Below, one piece after another: positions 16,328 to 24,686 of a stretch of 32,000 nucleotides of DNA. The number at the start of each line of letters is the position of its first letter. Position 1 is the stretch's first letter. The notes below the pieces were generated by a model, which was not told the origin of the DNA, did no database searches, and saw only the letters and a program-made list of their open reading frames with translations. A program made the position numbers and the translations under genes. Location: the NCBI GenBank assembly GCA_029269845.2, contig CP149973.1, positions 1,830,001 through 1,862,000 of the forward strand, in the 5' to 3' direction. This DNA is from Opitutia bacterium KCR 482. Lineage in GTDB: Bacteria; Verrucomicrobiota; Verrucomicrobiia; Opitutales; Intestinicryptomonadaceae.

Positions 16328-16373
16328 TTTGGGGCTTGCAATGTGGGGGAGAATGTAGTTTGATTGGGGTACG

Positions 16374-17231
16374 ATGAAGAATTTAGGAGATAAATTGTTG
16401 CAGGCGAGGACAGCGATGGGGATATCGGTGCGTGACGCGGCCGACGCCACGAAACTCCGCGCGGACATCATAGAGAACATGGAGTCGGGCGAGTTCAACT
16501 ATAAGCTTCCTGAGATATACAAACGCGGATTTTTGCGGATATACGCGGCGTTTTTGAAGCTCGACGCGGACGCGATTTTGGACGAATACGCAATGGCGTC
16601 GCGGGCGGCTGGCGGCGACGACAGGCGGCGCGTCAATATTTTGTCGCGCATGGCGACGGTGGCGTCAAACGTGTCGACATCGGCGCAGAAAGAGTTTGCG
16701 CCGCCGCCGTCGGAAACGGAGTCGCGCTTCGAATCTTTCGACAACGCGGAGGAGGAGAGGGAGTCCGACACGCCCGACAATTCGCAGAAGTTCGTCAAAA
16801 TGGCGGTCGTTTTCGGCGCAGTCATTCTGGCGGCAGTCGTGATAATTCTGGCAGTCTCGACGTTCGCAAAACGCGCCCCAGAGGAAAACCCCGACATTTC
16901 GATAAACGGGAATATCGCAACACAGCCAGTGTCGTCGGCGGCGAATGCGGCAATGAACGAAGTTTCCGCACCCGAACTCAAACTTGCCCTGACCGCTCTT
17001 GCCGACACATACGTTCTGGTCTACCAAGACATTAAGACGAACGACGGCAAACACCCCGAACCGCTATATACGGGCGCAATGCAGGCGGGCGAACGGCGCG
17101 AATTTACGTCGGGCGTGCCGCTGATGGTGAAACTCACCGACGCCGAAAGAATCAAGATGGAGCGCAACGGCGCGACGCTCGATTTGAAGGGCGCAAAGGG
17201 TCTTAGACTGTTCAGGATAGTCTCCAAATAG
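16374..17231 (+). CDS. RodZ-like cytoskeleton-associated protein (N-terminal XRE-type HTH, TM helix, C-terminal DUF4115-like domain)
   Basis: An HTH region (LGDKLLQARTAMGISVRDAADATKLRADIIENMESGEF...YKRGFLRIYAAFLKLD) is followed by an acidic linker and a single TM helix (MAVVFGAVILAAVVIILAV). The C-terminal beta-rich domain resembles that of RodZ. Confidence 0.75.
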   Translation: MKNLGDKLLQARTAMGISVRDAADATKLRADIIENMESGEFNYKLPEIYKRGFLRIYAAFLKLDADAILDEYAMASRAAGGDDRRRVNILSRMATVASNVSTSAQKEFAPPPSETESRFESFDNAEEERESDTPDNSQKFVKMAVVFGAVILAAVVIILAVSTFAKRAPEENPDISINGNIATQPVSSAANAAMNEVSAPELKLALTALADTYVLVYQDIKTNDGKHPEPLYTGAMQAGERREFTSGVPLMVKLTDAERIKMERNGATLDLKGAKGLRLFRIVSK

Positions 17232-17317
17232 AGGGGAAAATCATTTCCGCGCGCGGGCCGAAAATTTTGATTCGGCTCGTTTTGCGTACAAAAAGGCAAT
17301 CTTAAATAGAAAATGCT

Positions 17318-17617
17318 ATGCTAACACATGTTGTAATATTCCGCACGCGCGACGCGTCGAAAGCACCGCTCATACTCGAAGGGCTTGAAACGCTCAAACA
17401 AATCGACGGCGTAAAGTTCATGCACATCGGCGCGCCCGTTCCGAGCGCGCGCCCAGTTGTGGACGACTTTTTCGACTACGCGCTGGTTATGTCGTTCGAG
17501 GACGGCGCGGCGGGGCTTAAACGCTACGCCGAACACCCCATACACGTAAATTTCGTGGAAAACTATCTGAAACCCGCAGGCGGAAAACTGCTGGTCTACG
17601 ATATCGGAAATGCTTAA
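17318..17617 (+). CDS. Dabb-family (stress-responsive A/B barrel) protein
   Basis: 99 aa. It begins MLTHVVIFR and contains YAEHPIHVNFV, the typical Dabb pattern. Its end overlaps the cca start by 8 nt. Confidence 0.75.
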   Translation: MLTHVVIFRTRDASKAPLILEGLETLKQIDGVKFMHIGAPVPSARPVVDDFFDYALVMSFEDGAAGLKRYAEHPIHVNFVENYLKPAGGKLLVYDIGNA

Positions 17618-18986
17618 ACTTTCTCCGAAATACGCCGACGCTTGCGCGTTCATATTCGAATCGGCGAGGGAACTCGGCGGTCGGGCGTATTTTGTCGGCG
17701 GCTGCGTGCGCGACGCCCTTTTGGGGGCGACGCCCAAAGACTTCGACATAGAAGTCTACGGATTGCCGCCGCGGATTTTGGAGGAAATGCTCGCGCGGAA
17801 ATTCCGCGTAGAGAAAGTCGGCAAGAGCTTCGGCGTCTGGATTCTGAAAGGCTACGACATCGACGTAAGCATTCCGCGCCGCGAGCGCAAAACGGGAGAG
17901 GGGCACAGGGCGTTCGACATCGAGTGCGACCCGAACCTGTCGGCGGAGGAGGCTTGCGCACGGCGCGACTTCACAATAAACGCCGTTTTGTACGACCCGC
18001 TCGACGGAAAAATAGTAGACCCCTACGGGGGTGAGTCCGACCTGCGGCGGGGGGTGCTTCGGCACACCTCCGACAGGTTTTCGGAAGACCCGCTGAGAGT
18101 GCTTAGGGCGATGCAGTTTTCGGCGCGGTTTTCGATGGAGGTCGCGCCCGAGACGGTCGAACTTTGCTCGAAAATCCCCTTCGAAAACCTGCCGATTGAG
18201 CGCGTTTTCGGGGAGTGGAAAAAACTGATTTTGAAGGGGCGCAAAATTTCGCGCGGGCTGAATTTTCTGCGCGACTGCGGCTGGCTGAAATATTTTCCCG
18301 AACTCGCCGCAACGAGCGGCTGCCCGCAGGACTCGCACTGGCACCCCGAGGGCGACGTCTACACGCACACGGGCTTTGCGCTCGACGCGTACGCTTCGGC
18401 TCGAACGGGCGACGAGCGGGAGGACTTGGTCGTGGGGCTTGCCGTGCTCTGCCACGACTTTGGCAAACCGCTTTGCACGACATTCGGCGACGACGGGAAA
18501 ATCCACTCGCACGGGCACGACATTTTGGGCGTGAAGCCCACGCGCAAATTTCTGGCGCGGCTCACGCGGGAAAAATCGCTCGTTGAGGAGGTCGTGCCGC
18601 TCGTAGAACGGCACATGGCGATTCTCGACCTGTGGCGCGTTAAGGCGGGAGACTCCGCCATTCGCCGCCTTGCGCGGAAAGTGGGGCGGATAGACAGGCT
18701 CGTGCGCGTGGACTTCGCCGACCGCAACGGGCGCGGGGAGGGAGAATATAAAGACGACTCCCCGCAGGGCAAGTGGATTTCCGCCCGCGCGGCCGAGCTT
18801 GAAGTGCGCGACTCCGTCCCGAAGCCGATAGTCATGGGACGCCACTTGCAGGGGCTTGGCATGAAGCCTTCGCGCGAGTTCGGCAAAATACTCTCCGCCC
18901 TGTACGAGGCGCAGCTCGACGGCGAATTTTCGGATTTGGCGGGCGGCATGGAAAGGCTGCGAGGCATGCTCGAAAAAAAACTTTGA
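17610..18986 (+). CDS. cca: CCA-adding tRNA nucleotidyltransferase with HD domain
   Basis: Class II nucleotidyltransferase head motifs GGCVRDALLG..PKDFDIEV and RRDFTINA are present. An HD phosphohydrolase region follows (HWHPEGDVYTHT, CHDFGK). Confidence 0.85.
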   Translation: MLKLSPKYADACAFIFESARELGGRAYFVGGCVRDALLGATPKDFDIEVYGLPPRILEEMLARKFRVEKVGKSFGVWILKGYDIDVSIPRRERKTGEGHRAFDIECDPNLSAEEACARRDFTINAVLYDPLDGKIVDPYGGESDLRRGVLRHTSDRFSEDPLRVLRAMQFSARFSMEVAPETVELCSKIPFENLPIERVFGEWKKLILKGRKISRGLNFLRDCGWLKYFPELAATSGCPQDSHWHPEGDVYTHTGFALDAYASARTGDEREDLVVGLAVLCHDFGKPLCTTFGDDGKIHSHGHDILGVKPTRKFLARLTREKSLVEEVVPLVERHMAILDLWRVKAGDSAIRRLARKVGRIDRLVRVDFADRNGRGEGEYKDDSPQGKWISARAAELEVRDSVPKPIVMGRHLQGLGMKPSREFGKILSALYEAQLDGEFSDLAGGMERLRGMLEKKL

Positions 18987-19046
18987 AAAAGGCGAAAACG
19001 CGTTAAGTTTGAACGGAAAATTACGATAAACGCCATTTGAATTTTT

Positions 19047-19631
19047 ATGAAAAAGGAAAAAAACACTTCAACCGAAAATACGGAAACGAAAGAGCCAGCA
19101 CAGACGACACCCGAATCCTGCGCCGCGGAGGACATGGCCGCGGAGGAGCAGTCGATGAACATGGCCGACATTGTGGGCGAGCTTGACAAGGCGCAGGCGG
19201 ACGCCGCAAAAAACAGGGACTTGTACCTTCGCGCCGTAGCCGACTTGGACACATACCGCCGCAAAGTCCAGCGCGAAAAGCAGGAGCTTGCAAAATTCGC
19301 CCTCCAACCCCTCATCGAGGAGCTGCTGCCGTCAATCGACCACCTCGACATGGCAATCGATGCGGCGAAAAACTCGGACGATTCCAAAAACATACTCACG
19401 GGCGTCGAAATGGTCAGCGCGCAGATTAAAAAAGTCTTCGCGAACTTCGGCGTGGAGGAAATCGCGGCGGCGGGCAAGCCGTTCGACCCGAATACGTCGG
19501 AATGCGTCTCGCACGAGCCGTCGGCGGACGTTCCCGAAAACGGCGTAATAAAGGTTGTCCGCAAGGGCTACACGTTCAACGGCAGGCTGCTCCGCGCCGC
19601 GAGCGTCGTCGTTTCGAGCGGCAGGGAGTAA
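19047..19631 (+). CDS. grpE: Nucleotide exchange factor GrpE
   Basis: A coiled-coil region (DLYLRAVADLDTYRRKVQREKQE) and a C-terminal beta domain (FDPNTSECVSHEP...VVRKGYTFNGRLLRAASVVVS) are present. Confidence 0.9.
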   Translation: MKKEKNTSTENTETKEPAQTTPESCAAEDMAAEEQSMNMADIVGELDKAQADAAKNRDLYLRAVADLDTYRRKVQREKQELAKFALQPLIEELLPSIDHLDMAIDAAKNSDDSKNILTGVEMVSAQIKKVFANFGVEEIAAAGKPFDPNTSECVSHEPSADVPENGVIKVVRKGYTFNGRLLRAASVVVSSGRE

Positions 19632-19637
19632 TTTTTT

Positions 19638-20792
19638 ATGGCGGAAGAAGATTATTACAAAGTTTTGGGCGTGGAAAAAACCGCGTCCGAGCAGGAAATT
19701 AAAAAGGCATACCGCAAGCTCGCGCTCAAATACCACCCCGACCACAATCCGGGCGACAAGGCGGCGGAGGAAAAATTCAAACAGGTTTCCGAAGCCTACG
19801 AAATTTTGTCGAACCCCGAAAAGCGCGCAAAGTACGACCAGTTCGGACACGCGGCGTTCGCGCAGGGCGGCGGGGCGGCGTACTCGCAGGCGGGCGGCTT
19901 CGGCGGCTTTCAGGACCCCTTCGACGTCTTCCGCGAAGTCTTCGGCGGCGGTGGCGGCGGCGGAGCTGCTTTCTACGACTTCTTCGGAGGCGGCGGGGCG
20001 TCGCATCAAGACTACGACGAACCCGAACGCGGTTCGGACATCCGCGCGGAAATCGAAATTTCGCTCGAAGAGGCGGCAAAGGGCGCAAGCCGCACAATCC
20101 GCTACAACCGCATGGTCGTGTGCCCCGACTGCGGAGGCAGCGGGTCGAAAAACGGCGCGAGCGGCAGAAAAGTCTGCCCCAAATGCAAAGGTTCGGGACA
20201 GGTCAGAATGGCGCAGGGGCCGATTCGCTTTTCGCAGCCGTGCCCCGAATGCGGCGGCACGGGAACGGTAATTGAAAATCCGTGCCCGAAATGCGGCGGG
20301 TCGGGGCGCGTGAAAGAGCGCAACGAAGTTAAAATCGACATTCCCGCAGGCGTGTACACGGGGTCGAGACTCCGCAAAACGGGCGCGGGCAACGCGGGCT
20401 ACAACGGCGGCGGCTACGGCGACCTGTACGTCGTAATCTACGTCTCGCCGAACCCGCGCTTCGAGCGCGACGGCAACGACCTCTACACCGACATCAAAAT
20501 CAAGTTCACCCTCGCCGCGCTCGGCGGGCAGGTCGAGATTGAAACGCTAACGGGCAAGGCGGTTTTGAAGATTCCCGCGGGAACGCAACCCAACGCGGCG
20601 TTGCGCATGAAAGGCTTGGGCATGCCCGACCTCCGCGGCGGCGTCAGGGGCGACTTGTACGTGAGAATCCACGTCGAAGTTCCGACCAAACTAACCGACG
20701 CCCAACGCGCAAAGCTTGAAGAGTTCGCAAAACTCTGCGGCGACGACAATCCGAAACAGTCGTCCGAGCCGTTCTATAAAAAATTCTTCTAA
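19638..20792 (+). CDS. dnaJ: Molecular chaperone DnaJ
   Basis: A J domain with HPD (YYKVLGV...[10 protein letters not shown]), a G/F-rich linker and four CxxCxGxG zinc-finger repeats are present. Confidence 0.95.
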   Translation: MAEEDYYKVLGVEKTASEQEIKKAYRKLALKYHPDHNPGDKAAEEKFKQVSEAYEILSNPEKRAKYDQFGHAAFAQGGGAAYSQAGGFGGFQDPFDVFREVFGGGGGGGAAFYDFFGGGGASHQDYDEPERGSDIRAEIEISLEEAAKGASRTIRYNRMVVCPDCGGSGSKNGASGRKVCPKCKGSGQVRMAQGPIRFSQPCPECGGTGTVIENPCPKCGGSGRVKERNEVKIDIPAGVYTGSRLRKTGAGNAGYNGGGYGDLYVVIYVSPNPRFERDGNDLYTDIKIKFTLAALGGQVEIETLTGKAVLKIPAGTQPNAALRMKGLGMPDLRGGVRGDLYVRIHVEVPTKLTDAQRAKLEEFAKLCGDDNPKQSSEPFYKKFF

Positions 20793-20808
20793 GCGGACTG
20801 CTTGCCGC

Positions 20809-20846
20809 AAAACGGGCGCATGCGCAAAGCACGCGCCCGTTTTTTT
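20809..20846 (+). terminator. Intrinsic terminator of dnaJ
   Basis: Stem AAAACGGGCGC / GCGCCCGTTTT (20809-20819 / 20833-20843), with the T-run extending to 20846. Confidence 0.7.
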
Positions 20847-21037
20847 GCGCCCATTGCGGCGCAACCTAACGGTTTGCGGCGTAATCTTGCGGGGAGTGTG
20901 AAAATAAAAGACTGTCTTGCGGCTGAATTGCGTCGGGGGGGTGCGCTTTTGTCCGAACGTTTCCATCGGAGCGCACATGCGGATTGTCCGATTTGAAGTG
21001 TATGAGTCGGGATTTTTCGCGCGGGCGCATCGGACGC

Positions 21038-21069
21038 AAAAAAAAGGGCTTCGCGTTGCCGCGAAGCCC
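21038..21069 (-). terminator. Intrinsic terminator of the PEP-CTERM protein gene
   Basis: On the minus strand, the 10-bp stem GGGCTTCGCG/CGCGAAGCCC (21046-21055 / 21060-21069) with a 4-nt loop is followed by U8 (complement of the A-run 21038-21045). Confidence 0.75.
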
Positions 21070-21092
21070 CGAACCTGTTAATAAAACAAAGT

Positions 21093-22658
21093 CTATTTGC
21101 GCCTGCGGATTACCGCAACCGCCAGCGCGGCCGCTCCGAAAATTGCCGCCCATTCCGCGGGTTCGGGAATTGCCGCCGTGAGCCAGCCCGCGCCGTTGAC
21201 TGCGATGTTTACGAGGTTGTTGTCGGAGTCGTATGCCTTGATTCTCGAAAGCTGCGCCTTTGTTGCGGCGTCGGTGCCCACGTAGATTCTGTTGTCGGCA
21301 AAGTTGTAGATTTCTACGATTTTTCCCGCAAAGCCCGATATTGTGGTATCGCCCGTTTTCGTGAGTTCAAGGGTCGCGGCGTTGTCGTCCAGAAAAATCT
21401 TAAAGTCTTGTCCGAGCCAGATTTCGGAGAACTGCTGGCTTGCCGCAATGTGCAGTTCGGGAACGTAGGCTTCAAACCCTTCGCCCCTGTCCGCAGTGAT
21501 GAGGGATATGTTGCCTTCGCCGTTTTCGTCGACAATGGCGTTCGCCTTGTTGAGGTACGCTTTCGAAATGTTCCACATTACGAACTTCTTTTCGCCGCCC
21601 GAAATCGTGATTTGAGAGTCGTCGTTAACGGTAAGTTTTGCCGTGGTGAGGTTGATATCCGCATTGTAGTCGCCGTTTAGGTCGAGGCGCGAATCAATGT
21701 ACCAAGTTGCGCTCTTGCCCGTTGCCGTATTCGCGTTCAGCGTTGCGGTGCGCTTGATTTCAAGCCCGCGGTTGCCGACGGCAACGTCGCTGTTTGCCGT
21801 ATCCTGCGCGAAAGTGCCGCCCGACGAGTTCATAGAGTACACCGCGAATCTCTTGGTCGGGTTTTGGTTCGCGACATTGAGCGTGCCGCCGACGTTGAGC
21901 GTGCTGCCGCCCTGCATTACAAGCTGTCCGTTGACTGTGAGCGAACCGTTTGCGAAGATGTTGATTGTGTTGTCGGAAGTTCTGAGCACGCCGTTCGAGC
22001 CGATTGTGAGCTTTGTGCCGTCGTACAGGTCGATTTGGCTCTTGTTGCCGTTGTATCTTTGGAGGTTGAACTCGCCGTTTACATTGAGGTTTGCGTTGTT
22101 GGTTTGTCCGTAGTATTCGCCGAGTCTGATAGAGCCGCTCCAATCAACCTTTGCGCCTTCGGCAATGGTGATGTCGGAAGTGCCCTGCCGCTCCTGCAGG
22201 AAAGTGTTTTTTGCGAGCACCTTCGCGTAGACGTCCTTGAAGTTGAGATACTGCGACTGCTTATTATAGTTCGCGTTAAGAGTGAGGCTTTGTCCGAAAT
22301 CGACCGTGATTGCCGCGGTGCTCGACGCCGAATTCGTGATGGTCGTTATGGCGTAGTTTTGTTTCCACGACGCAACTTTGAGGGCGGTTTTTGCGTCGGT
22401 CGAATTTGCGTCGACTGTCAGCCCGGTGTCTTGACCCCATGCGGCGATGTTGACGCCGCCCGTCGAGCCGTCGATTTCGGTGAGCGAGCCGACTGTAACG
22501 CCCGAGGCTGCGGTGTATCTGTTGCCGCCGGTAGAGTCGATTTCGATTGCGTCGCCGGCGGTGATTACCGTGCGTTCCGACGACCCGCCTTTAATGGGTT
22601 CGGCGTACGCGGTAGCCGCAGCCAGCGCGATTAGCATAGGTATCGTTAGTTTCTTCAT
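21093..22658 (-). CDS. Secreted beta-helix/adhesin-like repeat protein with a C-terminal PEP-CTERM sorting signal
   Basis: The ATG at 22658 gives a signal peptide (MKKLTIPMLIALAAATAYA). The body is rich in T, N, G and S with repeated segments such as LTVNG, LNVGG and LNVNG. The C-terminus IPEPAEWAAIFGAAALAVAVIRRRK has the form PEP, TM helix, basic tail. Confidence 0.8.
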   Translation of the reverse strand: MKKLTIPMLIALAAATAYAEPIKGGSSERTVITAGDAIEIDSTGGNRYTAASGVTVGSLTEIDGSTGGVNIAAWGQDTGLTVDANSTDAKTALKVASWKQNYAITTITNSASSTAAITVDFGQSLTLNANYNKQSQYLNFKDVYAKVLAKNTFLQERQGTSDITIAEGAKVDWSGSIRLGEYYGQTNNANLNVNGEFNLQRYNGNKSQIDLYDGTKLTIGSNGVLRTSDNTINIFANGSLTVNGQLVMQGGSTLNVGGTLNVANQNPTKRFAVYSMNSSGGTFAQDTANSDVAVGNRGLEIKRTATLNANTATGKSATWYIDSRLDLNGDYNADINLTTAKLTVNDDSQITISGGEKKFVMWNISKAYLNKANAIVDENGEGNISLITADRGEGFEAYVPELHIAASQQFSEIWLGQDFKIFLDDNAATLELTKTGDTTISGFAGKIVEIYNFADNRIYVGTDAATKAQLSRIKAYDSDNNLVNIAVNGAGWLTAAIPEPAEWAAIFGAAALAVAVIRRRK

Positions 22659-22949
22659 AATAATAGCCTGTTTGAGGTTGAGCAAATTTTCCTTTTTGCT
22701 ATAATAATAATCTATTCAAAGTGCGAAGAATGTACAGTCAATTATCGCGTTTTTTTTGTAAACGGTTTAATTTTATAAGCGATTGTTGCTCTTGTTGTTG
22801 GGGGTTTTTGCTCTCTCCGAAAAATGCGTCCGCGCCCCTGAAATTTGAAATTTTTGCTTGGCAACGCCTTTTGAGGCGTTCTTATTGCCTTGCTCCTGCA
22901 AAATATTGTTGTCTTGCGGGCATTTTTGTGCCATAGGGAAAGTTTGAAA

Positions 22950-23414
22950 ATGAACGAATCGCCAATACATTTTTCGTACTCCGACATACTTGCGGCAATG
23001 CCCCAACAGCCGCCTTTTCTCTTCGTCGAAGAGGCAGACTATGCCGACGGAGTCATTGCGGGGCGCTACACCCTCAAACCCGACGAATTCTTCTTCAAAG
23101 GGCATTTCAAAGACAATCCCGTCTTCCCCGGAACGCTGATGTTGGAGGCAATGGGGCAGCTCTGCGTGTTCGGGCTTATCAAGGGCGTTTTTGCCGACAT
23201 GCCCAAGCCCGCCGACCCCGAAAAAATATTTTTCACTTCCGGCGACGGCGCGCGCTGCATGCGCATCTGCCGCCCGAACGAAGTCATCGAACTCCGCGCA
23301 AAGCCCACACGCATACGCCGCCCGATTGCGAATTTCGAGGCGTCGATGTCGGTAGGCGGTCAGAAGGCGTCGTTCTGCGAAAAACTCACGCTCACTTTCG
23401 ATTTCATTTCCTAA
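22950..23414 (+). CDS. FabA/FabZ-family 3-hydroxyacyl-ACP dehydratase (hotdog fold)
   Basis: PPFLFVEE...FFFKGHFKDNPVFPGTLMLEAMGQL matches the FabZ active-site His/Glu region. I prefer the ATG at 22950 over the track start at 22890. Confidence 0.8.
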   Translation: MNESPIHFSYSDILAAMPQQPPFLFVEEADYADGVIAGRYTLKPDEFFFKGHFKDNPVFPGTLMLEAMGQLCVFGLIKGVFADMPKPADPEKIFFTSGDGARCMRICRPNEVIELRAKPTRIRRPIANFEASMSVGGQKASFCEKLTLTFDFIS

Positions 23415-23420
23415 TATTCC

Positions 23421-24686
23421 ATGAAGAAAAACAACGTTGTAATAACAGGTCTCGGATTCATCACAAGCATCGGCAACGACATCGAATCGGTTTGCGACAG
23501 CCTTGTGAACCTCAAAAACGGCATAGAGCTTTACCCGCAGTTTGCCGACGACAAAATTCCCGTCAAATGCGTCGGAACGGTAAAGCATTTCGATACCGAC
23601 AGCACCGACCCCGAAGACTGGACGTATCCGCCCGAATACCGCGTGCGCCGCGACGTTCTGCGCTCGCTTCCCCCGCACGGGCTTTACGCTTACTGCGCAA
23701 TGAAGCAGGCTATTGCGGATTCGGGCTTGGACGAATCGCAAATTTCCGACCCCTCGACGGGGCTTTACACCGCCTCCGCTGGCTCTACGGGCATGCTCTA
23801 CCACAACATGCAGATGCTCGACAAAAAGGGCGTGTTGCGTTCGAATCCGCTGGGAATCGTGGCGTCAATCGTGGGCACGCTTTCGTTCAACCTCGTGTCG
23901 GCGTTCAAGATTAAGGGCGCAAGCTGCGGCTTTGCGTCGGCATGCGCAAGCAGCTCGCACGCGACGGGCTTTGCCTACGACGAAATCGCAAACGGCCGTC
24001 AGGACAGAATGTTCGTTGTAGGCGGCGAAGACGGCGACTACCGCACGCTTCTCCCCTTTGCGGGCATGCGCGCTTTGAGCACCAACCGCGACCCCGAAAC
24101 GGCGTCGAGACCCTTCGACAAAAACCGCGACGGATTCGTGGGTTGCGGCGGCGGCGTGGTGATGCTTCTCGAAAACGAGGAGGTCGCAAAAGCCCGCGGC
24201 GCGAAGATTTACGCGAGAATCCGCGGCTGGGGACAGGCGAGCGACGGCTACAATGTCGCCGTTCCGCACCCAGAAGGCACGGGCGTTATAAACGCCGCAA
24301 ACCGCGCCCTCGCCGACGCGGGAATTTCGGCGGACGATGTCGATTACATAAACGCCCACGCAACCTCGACGCCCATGGGCGACGTCGCCGAACTCAAAGC
24401 GGTCAAGTCGGTTTTCGGGCAAAACAAAAAGCTTAGAATCAGCAGCACAAAGGCGATTACGGGGCACGGGCTTTCGCTCGCGGGCGTGATGGAGGCGGCG
24501 TTTTGCGCGCTCGCGCTCAAACGCGGCTTCACCCCGGGCTCCGCGCACATCGAAAACCTCGACGAAGCCGCGGAGGGTCTCAACATTCCGCGCAAGACGG
24601 AATTCGATTCGCCGAAAATCGCGCTTTCGCTCAGCAGCGGTTTCGGCGGCGCGAACACGGCAATCGTCATGGAGGCAGCCGAATAA
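23421..24686 (+). CDS. Beta-ketoacyl-ACP synthase I/II (FabB-like)
   Basis: The active-site Cys region (FASACASSSHA), the His motifs (INAHATSTPMGD and KAITGHGLSLAG) and a C-terminal GFGGANTAIV are present. The GGED segment looks more like FabB than FabF. Confidence 0.85.
   Translation: MKKNNVVITGLGFITSIGNDIESVCDSLVNLKNGIELYPQFADDKIPVKCVGTVKHFDTDSTDPEDWTYPPEYRVRRDVLRSLPPHGLYAYCAMKQAIADSGLDESQISDPSTGLYTASAGSTGMLYHNMQMLDKKGVLRSNPLGIVASIVGTLSFNLVSAFKIKGASCGFASACASSSHATGFAYDEIANGRQDRMFVVGGEDGDYRTLLPFAGMRALSTNRDPETASRPFDKNRDGFVGCGGGVVMLLENEEVAKARGAKIYARIRGWGQASDGYNVAVPHPEGTGVINAANRALADAGISADDVDYINAHATSTPMGDVAELKAVKSVFGQNKKLRISSTKAITGHGLSLAGVMEAAFCALALKRGFTPGSAHIENLDEAAEGLNIPRKTEFDSPKIALSLSSGFGGANTAIVMEAAE

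Noticed and set aside
16046-16373. Assignment of the hairpin-rich gap to RNase P RNA, tmRNA, SRP RNA or 6S RNA.
   Set aside because: I found no GAGGAAAGUCC or ACAGAA..CCCGGCUUA blocks (RNase P) on either strand. I also found no tRNA-like acceptor/T-arm or tag ORF (tmRNA) and no GGAA-tetraloop helix-8 motif (SRP). The architecture is a chain of short hairpins, not one long interrupted helix (6S). A covariance-model search is still needed for certainty.
18987-19046. A CIRCE (HrcA) operator expected upstream of grpE-dnaJ, and the absence of dnaK between them.
   Set aside because: No TTAGCACTC-N9-GAGTGCTAA-like inverted repeat is present in the 60-nt gap. grpE-dnaJ without an adjacent dnaK occurs in various lineages and is not evidence of anything unusual by itself.
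20850-21037. Repeated TTGCGG hexamers (20854, 20874, 20887, 20917) and small ORFs between the dnaJ and PEP-CTERM terminators.
   Set aside because: The spacing is irregular (20, 13 and 30 nt) and the short motif is GC-typical. The ORFs (64 and 95 aa) are Arg-rich with no start context. This is not enough evidence for an sRNA or a gene.
22855-22900. A sigma54-like TGGCA..TTGC pattern (cttGGCAacgccttttgaggcgttcttaTTGCc) upstream of the dehydratase gene.
   Set aside because: The spacing between the GG and GC elements does not fit TGGCAC-N5-TTGC. The stretch is better explained as a small hairpin (AACGCC-ttttga-GGCGTT).
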